NCBI GenBank assembly: GCA_016179765.1 | Contig: JACPCL010000029.1 | Coordinates: 10,333-74,332 of the forward strand | Reading direction: 5' to 3' | Length of the DNA stretch: 64,000 nt | Origin: Chloroflexota bacterium | GTDB taxonomy: Bacteria; Chloroflexota; Dehalococcoidia; Lucifugimonadales; JACPCL1 | Shown here: piece after piece, positions 51,203 through 58,833 of the stretch | Layout of the letters: every line of letters starts with the position of its first letter | How positions within the stretch are numbered: position 1 is the stretch's first letter | Program-made: the position numbers and the translations under genes | Notes under the pieces: generated by a model | The model's input: only the letters and a program-made list of their open reading frames with translations | Told to the model about the DNA's origin: nothing | Database searches by the model: none

Positions 51203-52834
51203 ATGTTCCTAGGTAGAGCTCATCTCGGTTCCTACCAGGCTTTGGTGGATGATGCCCTGGCCCGCTTGCAGCGGCAGGACGCCGTCCGCCGCCTCTGGCT
51301 GCACGACCACACCCTGTGGAAGCAGGAACCCACCGAAATCGTTGACCGCCTTGGCTGGCTGAGGGTTACAGAAGGGATGCGGCGGGAGGTGGCCGGACTC
51401 AGGGACTTTGCCCGGGATGTCCGCCGCGAGGGGTTCCGGCACGCGGTAGTCCTGGGCATGGGGGGAAGCGTCCTGGGGGCGGAGGCGCTGCGCCAGGCCT
51501 TTGGCAACACCCAGGGCTCCCCGGCCATCGCCATCCTGGACTCCACGGTGCCCGCCTGGGTGGCCGCGGTGACCCAGGCCGTTGACCCGGCCCGCACCCT
51601 GTTCCTGGTCTCCTCCAAATCGGGCACCACCGTTGAGCTGCTCTCCTTTTACAGGCATTTTCGCCGCCTGACAGAGGATGCCGTTGGCCCAGGGAAGGCG
51701 GGAGGTCACTTCGTCGCCATCACGGACCCGAGCACGCCGCTGGAGAGGCTGGCCCAGGAGCAGGGCTTCCGCAGGGTCTTCCTCAACCCCCAGGACATCG
51801 GCGGGCGTTACTCCGTGCTCTCACTCTTTGGCCTGCTGCCCGCCGCCCTCATGGGCGCGGACCTGGAGGCGCTTCTGGCTCGCGCCGACGCTATGCGGGG
51901 GGCTTGTGGGCCGCAGACCCAGGCCACAGACAACCCCGGCGCATGGCTGGGCGCTGCCATGGCGGCCCTGGCGCTCCGGGGGAGGAACAAGCTGACCCTT
52001 GTGGTATCGCCCGCCATCGCCAGCTTTGGCCTGTGGGCCGAGCAGCTCATCGCCGAAAGCACGGGCAAGGAGGGCAAGGGTATTGTGCCGGTGGCCGGGG
52101 AGCCCCTGGCCAGCCCAGCGGCCTACGGAGACGACCGGTTCTTTGTGCGGCTGCGGCTGGAAGGGGACGACAACGTTTCTGCGGACCGGATGATGGATTC
52201 GCTGACGGCAGCGGGCCAGCCCGTCGCCGCCATAGGGCTGCGGGACAGGTACGATCTGGGGGCGGAGTTCTTCCGCTGGGAGTTCGCCACGGCGTTGGCC
52301 GGGCATCTCCTGGGCGTCCATCCCTTTGACCAGCCGGACGTCCAAGGCGCCAAGGAGGCTACAGACCGGCTCCTGGCCCGCCGCCGCAACTTTGGCTCCT
52401 TGCCAGGCGTAGGGAGCGCCACCAACCTGCAAGAGCTGCTCGGCCAGGCCCGGCCGGGAGACTATCTGGCCATCATGGCGTATTTGCACCAGGCTCCAGA
52501 GCTTGACCAGGCCCTGAGCGAGCTGCGCCTGCGGGTGATGACCAAATATCGCATTGCGACGACGCTGGGGTATGGCCCGCGCCTCCTGCACTCCACCGGC
52601 CAGCTCCACAAGGGAGGCCCCAACCAGGGCCTTTTCCTGCAGATCACCCAGTCCCACGCCCAGGACATTCCCCTGTCCGGCGAGGAGTACACCTTTGGTA
52701 CGTTGGCTGATGCCCAGGCCCTGGGCGACCTGCACGCCCTCCAGGCGGGCGGTCGCAGGGTGGCCAGGATGCACCTGGCCGCCGGCTACGCGGTCAGGCT
52801 GCTGCGCCGTCTGGCGGAGGAGGTTGGGGAATAA
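51203..52834 (+). CDS. pgi: Glucose-6-phosphate isomerase
   Basis: 543 aa. VVLGMGGS, FLVSSKSGTTVE, GGRYSVLS... Confidence 0.85.
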   Translation: MFLGRAHLGSYQALVDDALARLQRQDAVRRLWLHDHTLWKQEPTEIVDRLGWLRVTEGMRREVAGLRDFARDVRREGFRHAVVLGMGGSVLGAEALRQAFGNTQGSPAIAILDSTVPAWVAAVTQAVDPARTLFLVSSKSGTTVELLSFYRHFRRLTEDAVGPGKAGGHFVAITDPSTPLERLAQEQGFRRVFLNPQDIGGRYSVLSLFGLLPAALMGADLEALLARADAMRGACGPQTQATDNPGAWLGAAMAALALRGRNKLTLVVSPAIASFGLWAEQLIAESTGKEGKGIVPVAGEPLASPAAYGDDRFFVRLRLEGDDNVSADRMMDSLTAAGQPVAAIGLRDRYDLGAEFFRWEFATALAGHLLGVHPFDQPDVQGAKEATDRLLARRRNFGSLPGVGSATNLQELLGQARPGDYLAIMAYLHQAPELDQALSELRLRVMTKYRIATTLGYGPRLLHSTGQLHKGGPNQGLFLQITQSHAQDIPLSGEEYTFGTLADAQALGDLHALQAGGRRVARMHLAAGYAVRLLRRLAEEVGE

Positions 52835-52854
52835 CCCTAGCAGGGTGCTGAAGA

Positions 52855-52998
52855 ACACCCCCAAACCCGCCGCAGGCGGGTTCAAGGTATCCGCCTGCGG
52901 CGGATGGATTTGTATCTGAGGGACACCCTCATCCGCCGCAGGCGGACCGGCAGAGGGGCTTTGCCCCTCTGCCCTCCCCTTTTTCAGCAACCAGCTAC
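52855..52998. mobile_element. MITE-like element, family 1 (full copy)
   Basis: gtgctgaagaacacccccaaaccc...ggttcaaggtatccgcctgcggcggatggatttgtatctgagggacaccc...cccctttttcagc. Contains three copies of the CCGCC(GCA/TGC)GGCGG palindrome. Confidence 0.7.
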
Positions 52999-53011
52999 CT
53001 AGGAGGCTTCT

Positions 53012-53923
53012 ATGGAGATGGGCATGGTTGGCTTGGGGCGCATGGGCGGAAACATGGCCCAGCGCCTGCTGCGCGGCGGCCACCGAGTGGTGGCCTACGA
53101 CGCCAGCCCCGCGGCCGTGCAGGCGGCGGTCCAGCTCAGGGTTACCGGCGTGGCATCACTGGCAGACCTTATCCAGAAGCTGGCGTATCCCCGGGCGGTG
53201 TGGGTGATGGTGCCAGCCGGCCAGCCCACCGAGGACACCATCACCAGTCTGGCTACGTTGTTGTCTCCTGGAGATGTGGTGATTGATGGCGGCAACTCCC
53301 TCTACAAGGACAGCATGCGCCGCGCTCAGATTCTGCGAGGGAAGGGCGTCCGGTTCCTGGACTGCGGCACCAGCGGCGGCGTCTGGGGCCTGGCGGAGGG
53401 GTACAGCCTGATGGTCGGCGGAGACCGGGAGGCTTTTGTCAGGCTAGAGCCGCTTTTTCAGACGCTGGCGCCTGGCCCGGACAAGGGCTACGGCTACGTT
53501 GGCCCGGCTGGGGCGGGGCATTTCGTCAAGATGGTGCACAACGCCGTGGAGTATGGCATGATGCAGGCCTACGCCGAGGGGTTTGAGCTGATGGCGGCCA
53601 AGGAGGAGTTCCGCCTGGACCTGGCGCAGGTGGCGGAGATATGGCGGCACGGCAGCGTGGTGCGCTCCTGGCTGCTGGACCTGGCGGCGGAGGCGCTACG
53701 CCAGGACCCCGGGCTGGCGAGTCTGGAGGCCTACGTGGACGATTCCGGCGAGGGCCGCTGGGCGGTGCAGGAGTCGGTAGACCTGGCGGTGCCGGCGCCG
53801 GTCATGGCCGCGTCGTTGCAGGCGCGGTTCCGGTCGCGGCAGGCGCAGCCCTTCGGCGCGCGGCTGCTCTCGGCGCTGCGCCAGCAGTTTGGCGGTCATA
53901 CCGTGAAAAGGCGGGAAGGCTAG
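53012..53923 (+). CDS. gnd: 6-phosphogluconate dehydrogenase, short (YqeC/Gnd-like) form
   Basis: MGMVGLGRMGGNMAQRLLRGGHRVVAYD, GGNS.YKD, GAGHFVKMVHN. Confidence 0.85.
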   Translation: MEMGMVGLGRMGGNMAQRLLRGGHRVVAYDASPAAVQAAVQLRVTGVASLADLIQKLAYPRAVWVMVPAGQPTEDTITSLATLLSPGDVVIDGGNSLYKDSMRRAQILRGKGVRFLDCGTSGGVWGLAEGYSLMVGGDREAFVRLEPLFQTLAPGPDKGYGYVGPAGAGHFVKMVHNAVEYGMMQAYAEGFELMAAKEEFRLDLAQVAEIWRHGSVVRSWLLDLAAEALRQDPGLASLEAYVDDSGEGRWAVQESVDLAVPAPVMAASLQARFRSRQAQPFGARLLSALRQQFGGHTVKRREG

Positions 53924-53929
53924 GCAGCT

Positions 53930-54664
53930 ATGTCTCCAGAGCAACTCCTTGTGACCGTGGGTGTGGGCCTTGCGGCCTTTGCAGCCTCCACCATCGCAGC
54001 GGTGGCCGGTTTCGGGGGCGCCGTCATCATGCTCCCCGTCCTGGTCTGGGGCTTCGGTGTGCGTGACGCCATTCCTATCCTTACCGTGGCCCAGCTCATT
54101 GGCAACCTCTCCCGTGTCTGGTTCAACCGCCGCGAACTTTCCTTGCTGGTGGTCAAGTGGTTTGCCTTGGGAGGGGTGCCTGCCGCCGTCCTGGGCGGCA
54201 TCGTTTTCGCCACGGCCCCTGCCGGCGCCCTGGTGCGGTTGCTCGGCGTCTTTCTCCTAGCTGTTGTCGTCTACCGTCACACCCCTTGGGGCAAGCGGGC
54301 ACGCCTGACCCTCAGAGGGTTCCTCCCCTTGGGCGCTATCTCAGGTTTTCTTTCGGCCCTCCTGGGCAGCATCGGCCCCTTTATGGCGCCCTTCTTCCTG
54401 GCCTATGGCCTGGCCAAGGGCGCATACATCGGCACCGAGGCGCTGTCCACGGTGGTGATGCACGTCACCAAGCTGGGGGTATACGGGAAATACTCCTTGC
54501 TAGGAGTAAGGGGCGTGCTCATAGGCGTAGCCATTGGCGGGGTGATGTTTCTTGGCTCCTATGCTGGCAAGCGGCTGCTGGACAAGGTGCCGGAGCGGAT
54601 GTTCCCGATGATCATAGAGGGAGTGCTGGTGATTGCGGGGGTAACGTTCCTGGTGGGCGGGTAG
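53930..54664 (+). CDS. TauE/SafE family sulfite/anion exporter-type membrane protein
   Basis: 244 aa, about 7-8 TM helices, with G-rich helices (AGFGGAVIMLP...). Family recognised from overall pattern. Confidence 0.7.
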   Translation: MSPEQLLVTVGVGLAAFAASTIAAVAGFGGAVIMLPVLVWGFGVRDAIPILTVAQLIGNLSRVWFNRRELSLLVVKWFALGGVPAAVLGGIVFATAPAGALVRLLGVFLLAVVVYRHTPWGKRARLTLRGFLPLGAISGFLSALLGSIGPFMAPFFLAYGLAKGAYIGTEALSTVVMHVTKLGVYGKYSLLGVRGVLIGVAIGGVMFLGSYAGKRLLDKVPERMFPMIIEGVLVIAGVTFLVGG

Positions 54665-54680
54665 ACCCCATTAGTCGACG

Positions 54681-54709
54681 TTGCCTTGCCTGGGCAAGTT
54701 AGCTAGAAT
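54681..54709 (+). promoter_or_regulatory. Promoter TTGCCT-17-TAGAAT for tRNA-Asn
   Basis: Read directly. The -10 ends 12 nt before the tRNA 5' end. Confidence 0.55.
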
Positions 54710-54721
54710 AAAGATTAGCGC

Positions 54722-54796
54722 TCCGCAGTAGCTCAGTGGTAGAGCGGCCGGCTGTTAACCGGTTGGTCGTAGGTTCGAGTCCTACCTGCGGAGCCA
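54722..54796 (+). tRNA. tRNA-Asn (anticodon GUU), CCA encoded
   Basis: Hand fold: TCCGCAG/CTGCGGA acceptor, GCTC-AGTGGTA-GAGC D arm, GCCGG-CTGTTAA-CCGGT anticodon arm, GTAGG-TTCGAGT-CCTAC T arm, G73, CCA. Confidence 0.9.
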
Positions 54797-54805
54797 ACGA
54801 TTCCA

Positions 54806-55072
54806 ATGTATACAGTTTACGTTCTCCTCAGCAAGTCCACGGGAAAGCAGTACATAGGGCAGACCCAAGACCTAACACGACGTCTTACAGAGCACGAGCA
54901 AGGCATAGCACGATACACCCGGAACAGAGGGCCTTGGGAGCTCGTTCATCATGAAATACTCAAGACCCGTGCTGAAGCAATGAAGAGGGAAAGGTTTTTG
55001 AAGAGTGGGCAAGGAAGGGAATGGCTAAAGGGGAGGCTCAGTGGTAGGGCGGGTCCGCCGCAGGCGGATTAA
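54806..55072 (+). CDS. GIY-YIG nuclease domain protein (small, COG2827/UPF0213-like)
   Basis: 88 aa: MYTVYVLLSKSTGKQYIGQTQDLTRRLTEH...AMKRERFLK has GIY-like (VYV), YIG, Arg and Glu motifs. Starts 10 nt after the tRNA without an SD. Lower GC. The 3' end is written in tRNA-like sequence. Confidence 0.8.
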   Translation: MYTVYVLLSKSTGKQYIGQTQDLTRRLTEHEQGIARYTRNRGPWELVHHEILKTRAEAMKRERFLKSGQGREWLKGRLSGRAGPPQAD

Positions 55073-55110
55073 CCGGTTGGTCGTAGGTTCGAGTCCTACC
55101 TGCGGAGCCA
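55036..55110 (+). repeat. Partial duplicate of tRNA-Asn (D-arm-like segment + palindrome + perfect 42-nt copy of the 3' part)
   Basis: 55069-55110 is identical to 54755-54796 (42/42). 55036-55052 matches 54731-54747 at 16/17. No complementary 5' acceptor strand, so it is not a functional tRNA. Confidence 0.85.
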
Positions 55111-55192
55111 GCTCTGGCTCCTGGCAAGCAGACCGCCAGTTACTCGCCTCCTTTCCCCATTGCCACCCGAATCGTCCTCTCCTCTAGCAGGC

Positions 55193-55330
55193 CGCTGAAA
55201 AACACCCCCAAACCCCCTCAAGGCGGTTCAAGGTATCCGCCTGCGGCGGATGGATTTATATCTGGAGGACACTCCTTCGTCCTTCAGCTGAAGGACTCAA
55301 GGACAGGCCTCAGACCCCGCCCCTTCACTT
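55193..55330. mobile_element. MITE-like element, family 1 (variant right half)
   Basis: gctgaaaaacacccccaaaccccctcaaggcggttcaaggtatccgcctgcggcggatggatttatatctggaggacac... The right half carries the cgtccttcagctgaaggactcaaggacaggc module also seen at 42625 and 6600. Confidence 0.6.
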
Positions 55331-55548
55331 CGCTCAAAGGCAGGCTTGAAAACGTCTCTACGGAACACCCGTAGAGCCCCTGGCAAAAGCGCTGCGCCCT
55401 CTTGCCAATCCCTCAGAATCATTCGGTGCCCCCCTTCCCTCAGGACGCTAGCTATTGCTTTCCCATTTGGCATGCCCTAGTATTAGTGCCGCCAAACCAA
55501 CTTCTGATGCTGCGACATCTGCTTGGCATCAAAAGAAAGGAGAGACCA

Positions 55549-55989
55549 GTGAAAGCTGACGCAAAGACCGAAGCGGCCGTGATAGGTGCGTTCAATAGAC
55601 TTTGGAGGGCCTACGAGACGCGGGATGGGGACTCCCTGTCGGATATGGTTGTGCCAGACCCCGAAGTGGTCCTCTACGGCACTGGGGCGGACGAGAAGCG
55701 TATAGGTGTAAGGCAGATCAAAGTACAGTTTGAGCGCGACTGGTCTCAGTCGGAGGCGGCGTCCTTGAGATTCAACTGGCACTCGGTCTCCATGGCGGGT
55801 GGAGCGGCGTTGGTAGCGGCAGATGGTGCTGCTCACGTCAAGGTCGGCGGGCAGGAAGTGACCATGCCGGTCCGGGCCACCATAGCCTTTGAGCGGCGCG
55901 GAGAGAGGTGGCTCGTAGCGCAGATGCACGTTTCTACGCCGGCCAGTGAACAGTCCGAAGGCGAGTCTTGGACCCCACCTTCAAGGTAG
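55549..55989 (+). CDS. NTF2-like / SnoaL-like (DUF4440-type) protein
   Basis: 146 aa from GTG 55549 (AAAGGAGAG RBS). ...AVIGAFNRLWRAYETRDGDSL...RWLVAQMHVS is the typical NTF2-fold pattern. Confidence 0.6.
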   Translation: MKADAKTEAAVIGAFNRLWRAYETRDGDSLSDMVVPDPEVVLYGTGADEKRIGVRQIKVQFERDWSQSEAASLRFNWHSVSMAGGAALVAADGAAHVKVGGQEVTMPVRATIAFERRGERWLVAQMHVSTPASEQSEGESWTPPSR

Positions 55990-56149
55990 GCACCCGAGAG
56001 CAGCGCCCAAGTGGCACGACTAGCTCCACCAGCGCCAGGAATGCGCGCGCAATGCCGAAAGATGGCATCAACTGCCCTGGGCTATGAAATGCAGAATAAA
56101 AGCCCTCATGTTATGACCACCCGACCAACGACACGCAAGGAGGAAGGAA

Positions 56150-56461
56150 GTGCTCTATTTCGTTCGCTTTGATATCCATCAGCCAGAGGGCATGAGCGCT
56201 GAACAACTGCGCCGCCATTGGGATCAAGAGGCTCAGGCGGCGCTCAAACTTAGAGACCCAGGGCCCCTCAAGGGACTATGGAAGGTTTCTGGGCAGAGGG
56301 TTGTGCTGGCAGTGCTGGACCTGCCAAACAACGATGTTTTAGATCAAGCACTTGCAGGCCTGCCTATCATGCAGTCCATGGGAGGGTCTGTGAAGGTAGA
56401 GACCTTGCCTATACGGCCCTACGAGAACTTTGCAGCAGACCTTAGGAAAGCCGTCGGGTGA
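56150..56461 (+). CDS. Muconolactone delta-isomerase-like small protein
   Basis: 103 aa: MLYFVRFDIHQPEGMS...LWKVSGQRVVLAVLDLPNNDVLDQALAGLPI... parallels the MLFxVxMxV...LWRxAG...D..s...L..lL..LPL pattern of the MIase family. AGGAGGAAGGAA RBS, GTG start. Confidence 0.55.
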   Translation: MLYFVRFDIHQPEGMSAEQLRRHWDQEAQAALKLRDPGPLKGLWKVSGQRVVLAVLDLPNNDVLDQALAGLPIMQSMGGSVKVETLPIRPYENFAADLRKAVG

Positions 56462-56538
56462 ACATAGGCCGCGAACTTGTGCCTTGGTGGACAGCCTGGT
56501 TCTCCGGGCGATTATGAGCGGGAGCCGCCTGGTTCCCC

Positions 56539-57741
56539 TCAGACCACCTTCTCCGCGCGAAGCTGCGCCAGGTCTTCTTTGCTCATCCCCAGCAGGCCCG
56601 TCAGGACCTCCTCGGTGTGCTGGCCCGGCAGGGGCGCTGGCCCAATGTTGAGCTCACCCCGGCTGAAGTGGAAGATGTCCCCCACCACGTTGATGCTGCC
56701 CGCACGGGGGTCCGGCACCTCCATCATGATGTTGCGGGCCTTCATGTGGGGGTCCGCCGCGGCCTCCGCGACGGTGTTCACCCGCTCCACGGGAATGCCC
56801 TGGGGCGTCAGCAAGGCTATCGCCTCCTGCACGGTGCGCCCTCGGAACCAGGCGGAGAGCACCGCCTCTATCTCGCCGGCTATCTGAGACTGTTTCTCCC
56901 TGGTGGCGAACCTGGGGTCCTCCAGCCACTCCTGGTGGCCGATGGCCTTGGCGACCAGTCTCCACATCTCCGGGCCGATGCAGATGAGGTACGCCCAGCC
57001 GTCAGTGCACGGGTAGGTGTTGATGAAGTTGGAGCCGTTGCCGGTGCGGGGCTGCATCTTGCCCGTGCCCAGGTAATAGGAGATGGGGATCTCCTGGGTG
57101 GTGTAGCCGGTGTCGGCCAGGCACACGTCAATGCACTGGCCCTGGCCGGAGAGGCGGGACTCCCATAGGGCCGCCAGGGCGCCGATGGTGGCGTGGAGCG
57201 CGGTGATGCGGTCAATGAGGGGGAAGGAGAGGCGGACTGGCGGCATTCCCTCGTAGCCGGTGCTCATCATCAGGCCGCTCATGGCCTGGCCCAGCATGTC
57301 AAAGCCCACGCGGTCCCGGTAGGGGCCGTACTGGCCGTAGGCGGAGATGTTGACCATGACGATGCGGGGGTTGAGGCCCCGCAGGGTCTCGTACCCCAGG
57401 CCCATCTCGTCCATGGTTCCCGGGCGGAAGTTCTGGATGACGATGTCCGAGAGCTTGACCAGGTTTTTGACGATGTCCCGCCCTCTGTCTGAGTACAGGT
57501 TGAGGCCGAGGCTGCGTTTGCCGCTGTTGTACTGCACCCAGTAGGCGCTCTGGCCGCGGACGTTGGGGCCGTTGCCACGGCTCTCCTCACCATCGGGAGG
57601 CTCCACCTTGATGACGTCTGCCCCCAGACGGGAGAGCATGAGGGCGGTGCGGGGGCCTGCCTGGTAGCGCCCCAGGTCCAGGACGCGGACGCCGCTGAGA
57701 GGCGCCGGGGCTGTGCCGATGGTTGGCGATTTGCCTGTCAT
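56539..57741 (-). CDS. Family III CoA-transferase (CaiB/BaiF)
   Basis: 400 aa from ATG 57741 (GGAGGGAGG RBS). LSGVRVLDLGRYQAGPRTALMLSRLGADVIKVEPPDGEESR. The rest of the 958-aa track ORF is antisense to real genes. Confidence 0.85.
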   Translation of the reverse strand: MTGKSPTIGTAPAPLSGVRVLDLGRYQAGPRTALMLSRLGADVIKVEPPDGEESRGNGPNVRGQSAYWVQYNSGKRSLGLNLYSDRGRDIVKNLVKLSDIVIQNFRPGTMDEMGLGYETLRGLNPRIVMVNISAYGQYGPYRDRVGFDMLGQAMSGLMMSTGYEGMPPVRLSFPLIDRITALHATIGALAALWESRLSGQGQCIDVCLADTGYTTQEIPISYYLGTGKMQPRTGNGSNFINTYPCTDGWAYLICIGPEMWRLVAKAIGHQEWLEDPRFATREKQSQIAGEIEAVLSAWFRGRTVQEAIALLTPQGIPVERVNTVAEAAADPHMKARNIMMEVPDPRAGSINVVGDIFHFSRGELNIGPAPLPGQHTEEVLTGLLGMSKEDLAQLRAEKVV

Positions 57742-57747
57742 GGGATG

Positions 57748-57837
57748 CCTCCCTCCTCGTCTTTCAAGGAGGCCCCAGAGGGGCCTCCCTCTCTGTCTTT
57801 CAAGGAGGCTCCAGGGGAGCCTCCCTCTCTCACTGCC
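57748..57837. repeat. 36-nt tandem repeat (2.5 units), each unit forming a 9-bp hairpin
   Basis: cctccctcctcgtctttcaaggaggccccagagggg / cctccctctctgtctttcaaggaggctccaggggag / cctccctctctcactgcc. Hairpins GGAGGCCCC-aga-GGGGCCTCC (57768-57788) and GGAGGCTCC-agg-GGAGCCTCC (57804-57824). Confidence 0.85.
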
Positions 57838-57930
57838 GCTACGCTGCTTCCTTGACCCCCGAAAGATGTCGCAAATATAATGCCACCATTCACTCCTTCG
57901 CAACCCCCAGGTTAGTTTTGGAGGCGGCCC

Positions 57931-58695
57931 ATGAACTCCTCTGTCGTCCTTGTAGAAAAAGACGGCCCCATCGCCGTCGTCACCCTCAACCGTCCCCAGG
58001 CCCTGAACGCCCTCAACTCCGCGGTACGCAATGCGATGGAGGAGGCCCTGACGCTGTTGGAGATAGACGATGAGGTGCGGGTGGTGGTCCTGACCGGGGC
58101 GGGGAGAGCCTTCTCCGCAGGGGGCGACATCAAAGAGCAGGTGGCCGCCGCGGATCTGACGGCGGAGGAGCGCGCCCGCCGGGCCAGTGGGGGCGCGCCC
58201 TGGACGTGGCACGTGGCCAGCTACCGCAAGCCGACCATCGGCGCCATCAACGGCATCGCCTATGGCGGCGCGGCCCTTCTCTCCTCGTGCCTGGACATCC
58301 GCATCGGCTGCGAGAAGAGCAGCTTCCGCTTCCTGGCCGCCACCTATGGCCAGGCCAACTCCACCTGGTCGTTGCCGCTGATTGTGGGGCTTCCCAAGGC
58401 CAAGGAGCTGATGTTCACCGGGCGGGAGGTGTTTGCCGAGGAGGCCCTGCAGATTGGCCTGCTGAACAAACTGGTGCCTTCGGAGAGGCTGATGGAGGAG
58501 GCCAAGGCCATGGCGAGCATGATCGCCAACAGCCACCCGGTGATGGTGCAAGGGATCAAACGGCTGCTGCACCAGGGCATCGGTGCAGGCCTCTCTGACC
58601 GCTACCAGATGGAGCGGGACGCCACGACGACCTGGATGCGTCCGGTGGACCCGCGAGAGGGGTTCAAGGAGTTCCTGTCCAGGAAGGGGGAGTAG
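57931..58695 (+). CDS. Enoyl-CoA hydratase/isomerase (crotonase) family
   Basis: VVVLTGAGRAFSAGGDIKE, INGIAYGGA; 254 aa. Confidence 0.85.
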   Translation: MNSSVVLVEKDGPIAVVTLNRPQALNALNSAVRNAMEEALTLLEIDDEVRVVVLTGAGRAFSAGGDIKEQVAAADLTAEERARRASGGAPWTWHVASYRKPTIGAINGIAYGGAALLSSCLDIRIGCEKSSFRFLAATYGQANSTWSLPLIVGLPKAKELMFTGREVFAEEALQIGLLNKLVPSERLMEEAKAMASMIANSHPVMVQGIKRLLHQGIGAGLSDRYQMERDATTTWMRPVDPREGFKEFLSRKGE

Positions 58696-58833
58696 TAAGG
58701 GCGCATCCCTTGACACCTTCCCACCCCGGAGCCATAATCGGGCCAGCGATTCCCGTTGCCACACCTTGGCGGTGCGGCACAAGGCCGCCGTTGTCGTGGC
58801 CTGCGATAGAGCCATGACGGAGGGAGGAGAGCT

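Noticed and set aside
52855-52998. MITE family 1 as a tRNA-derived (SINE-like) element or a small RNA gene.
   Set aside because: The resemblance is limited to GGTTCAAG plus CCTGCGG. I could not fold a cloverleaf or see a promoter, so it is kept only as a low-confidence remark inside the MITE finding.
54736-54954. 72-aa plus-strand ORF starting inside tRNA-Asn.
   Set aside because: It overlaps the tRNA and is out of frame with the GIY-YIG ORF, which has clear family motifs. It is a spurious overlap ORF.
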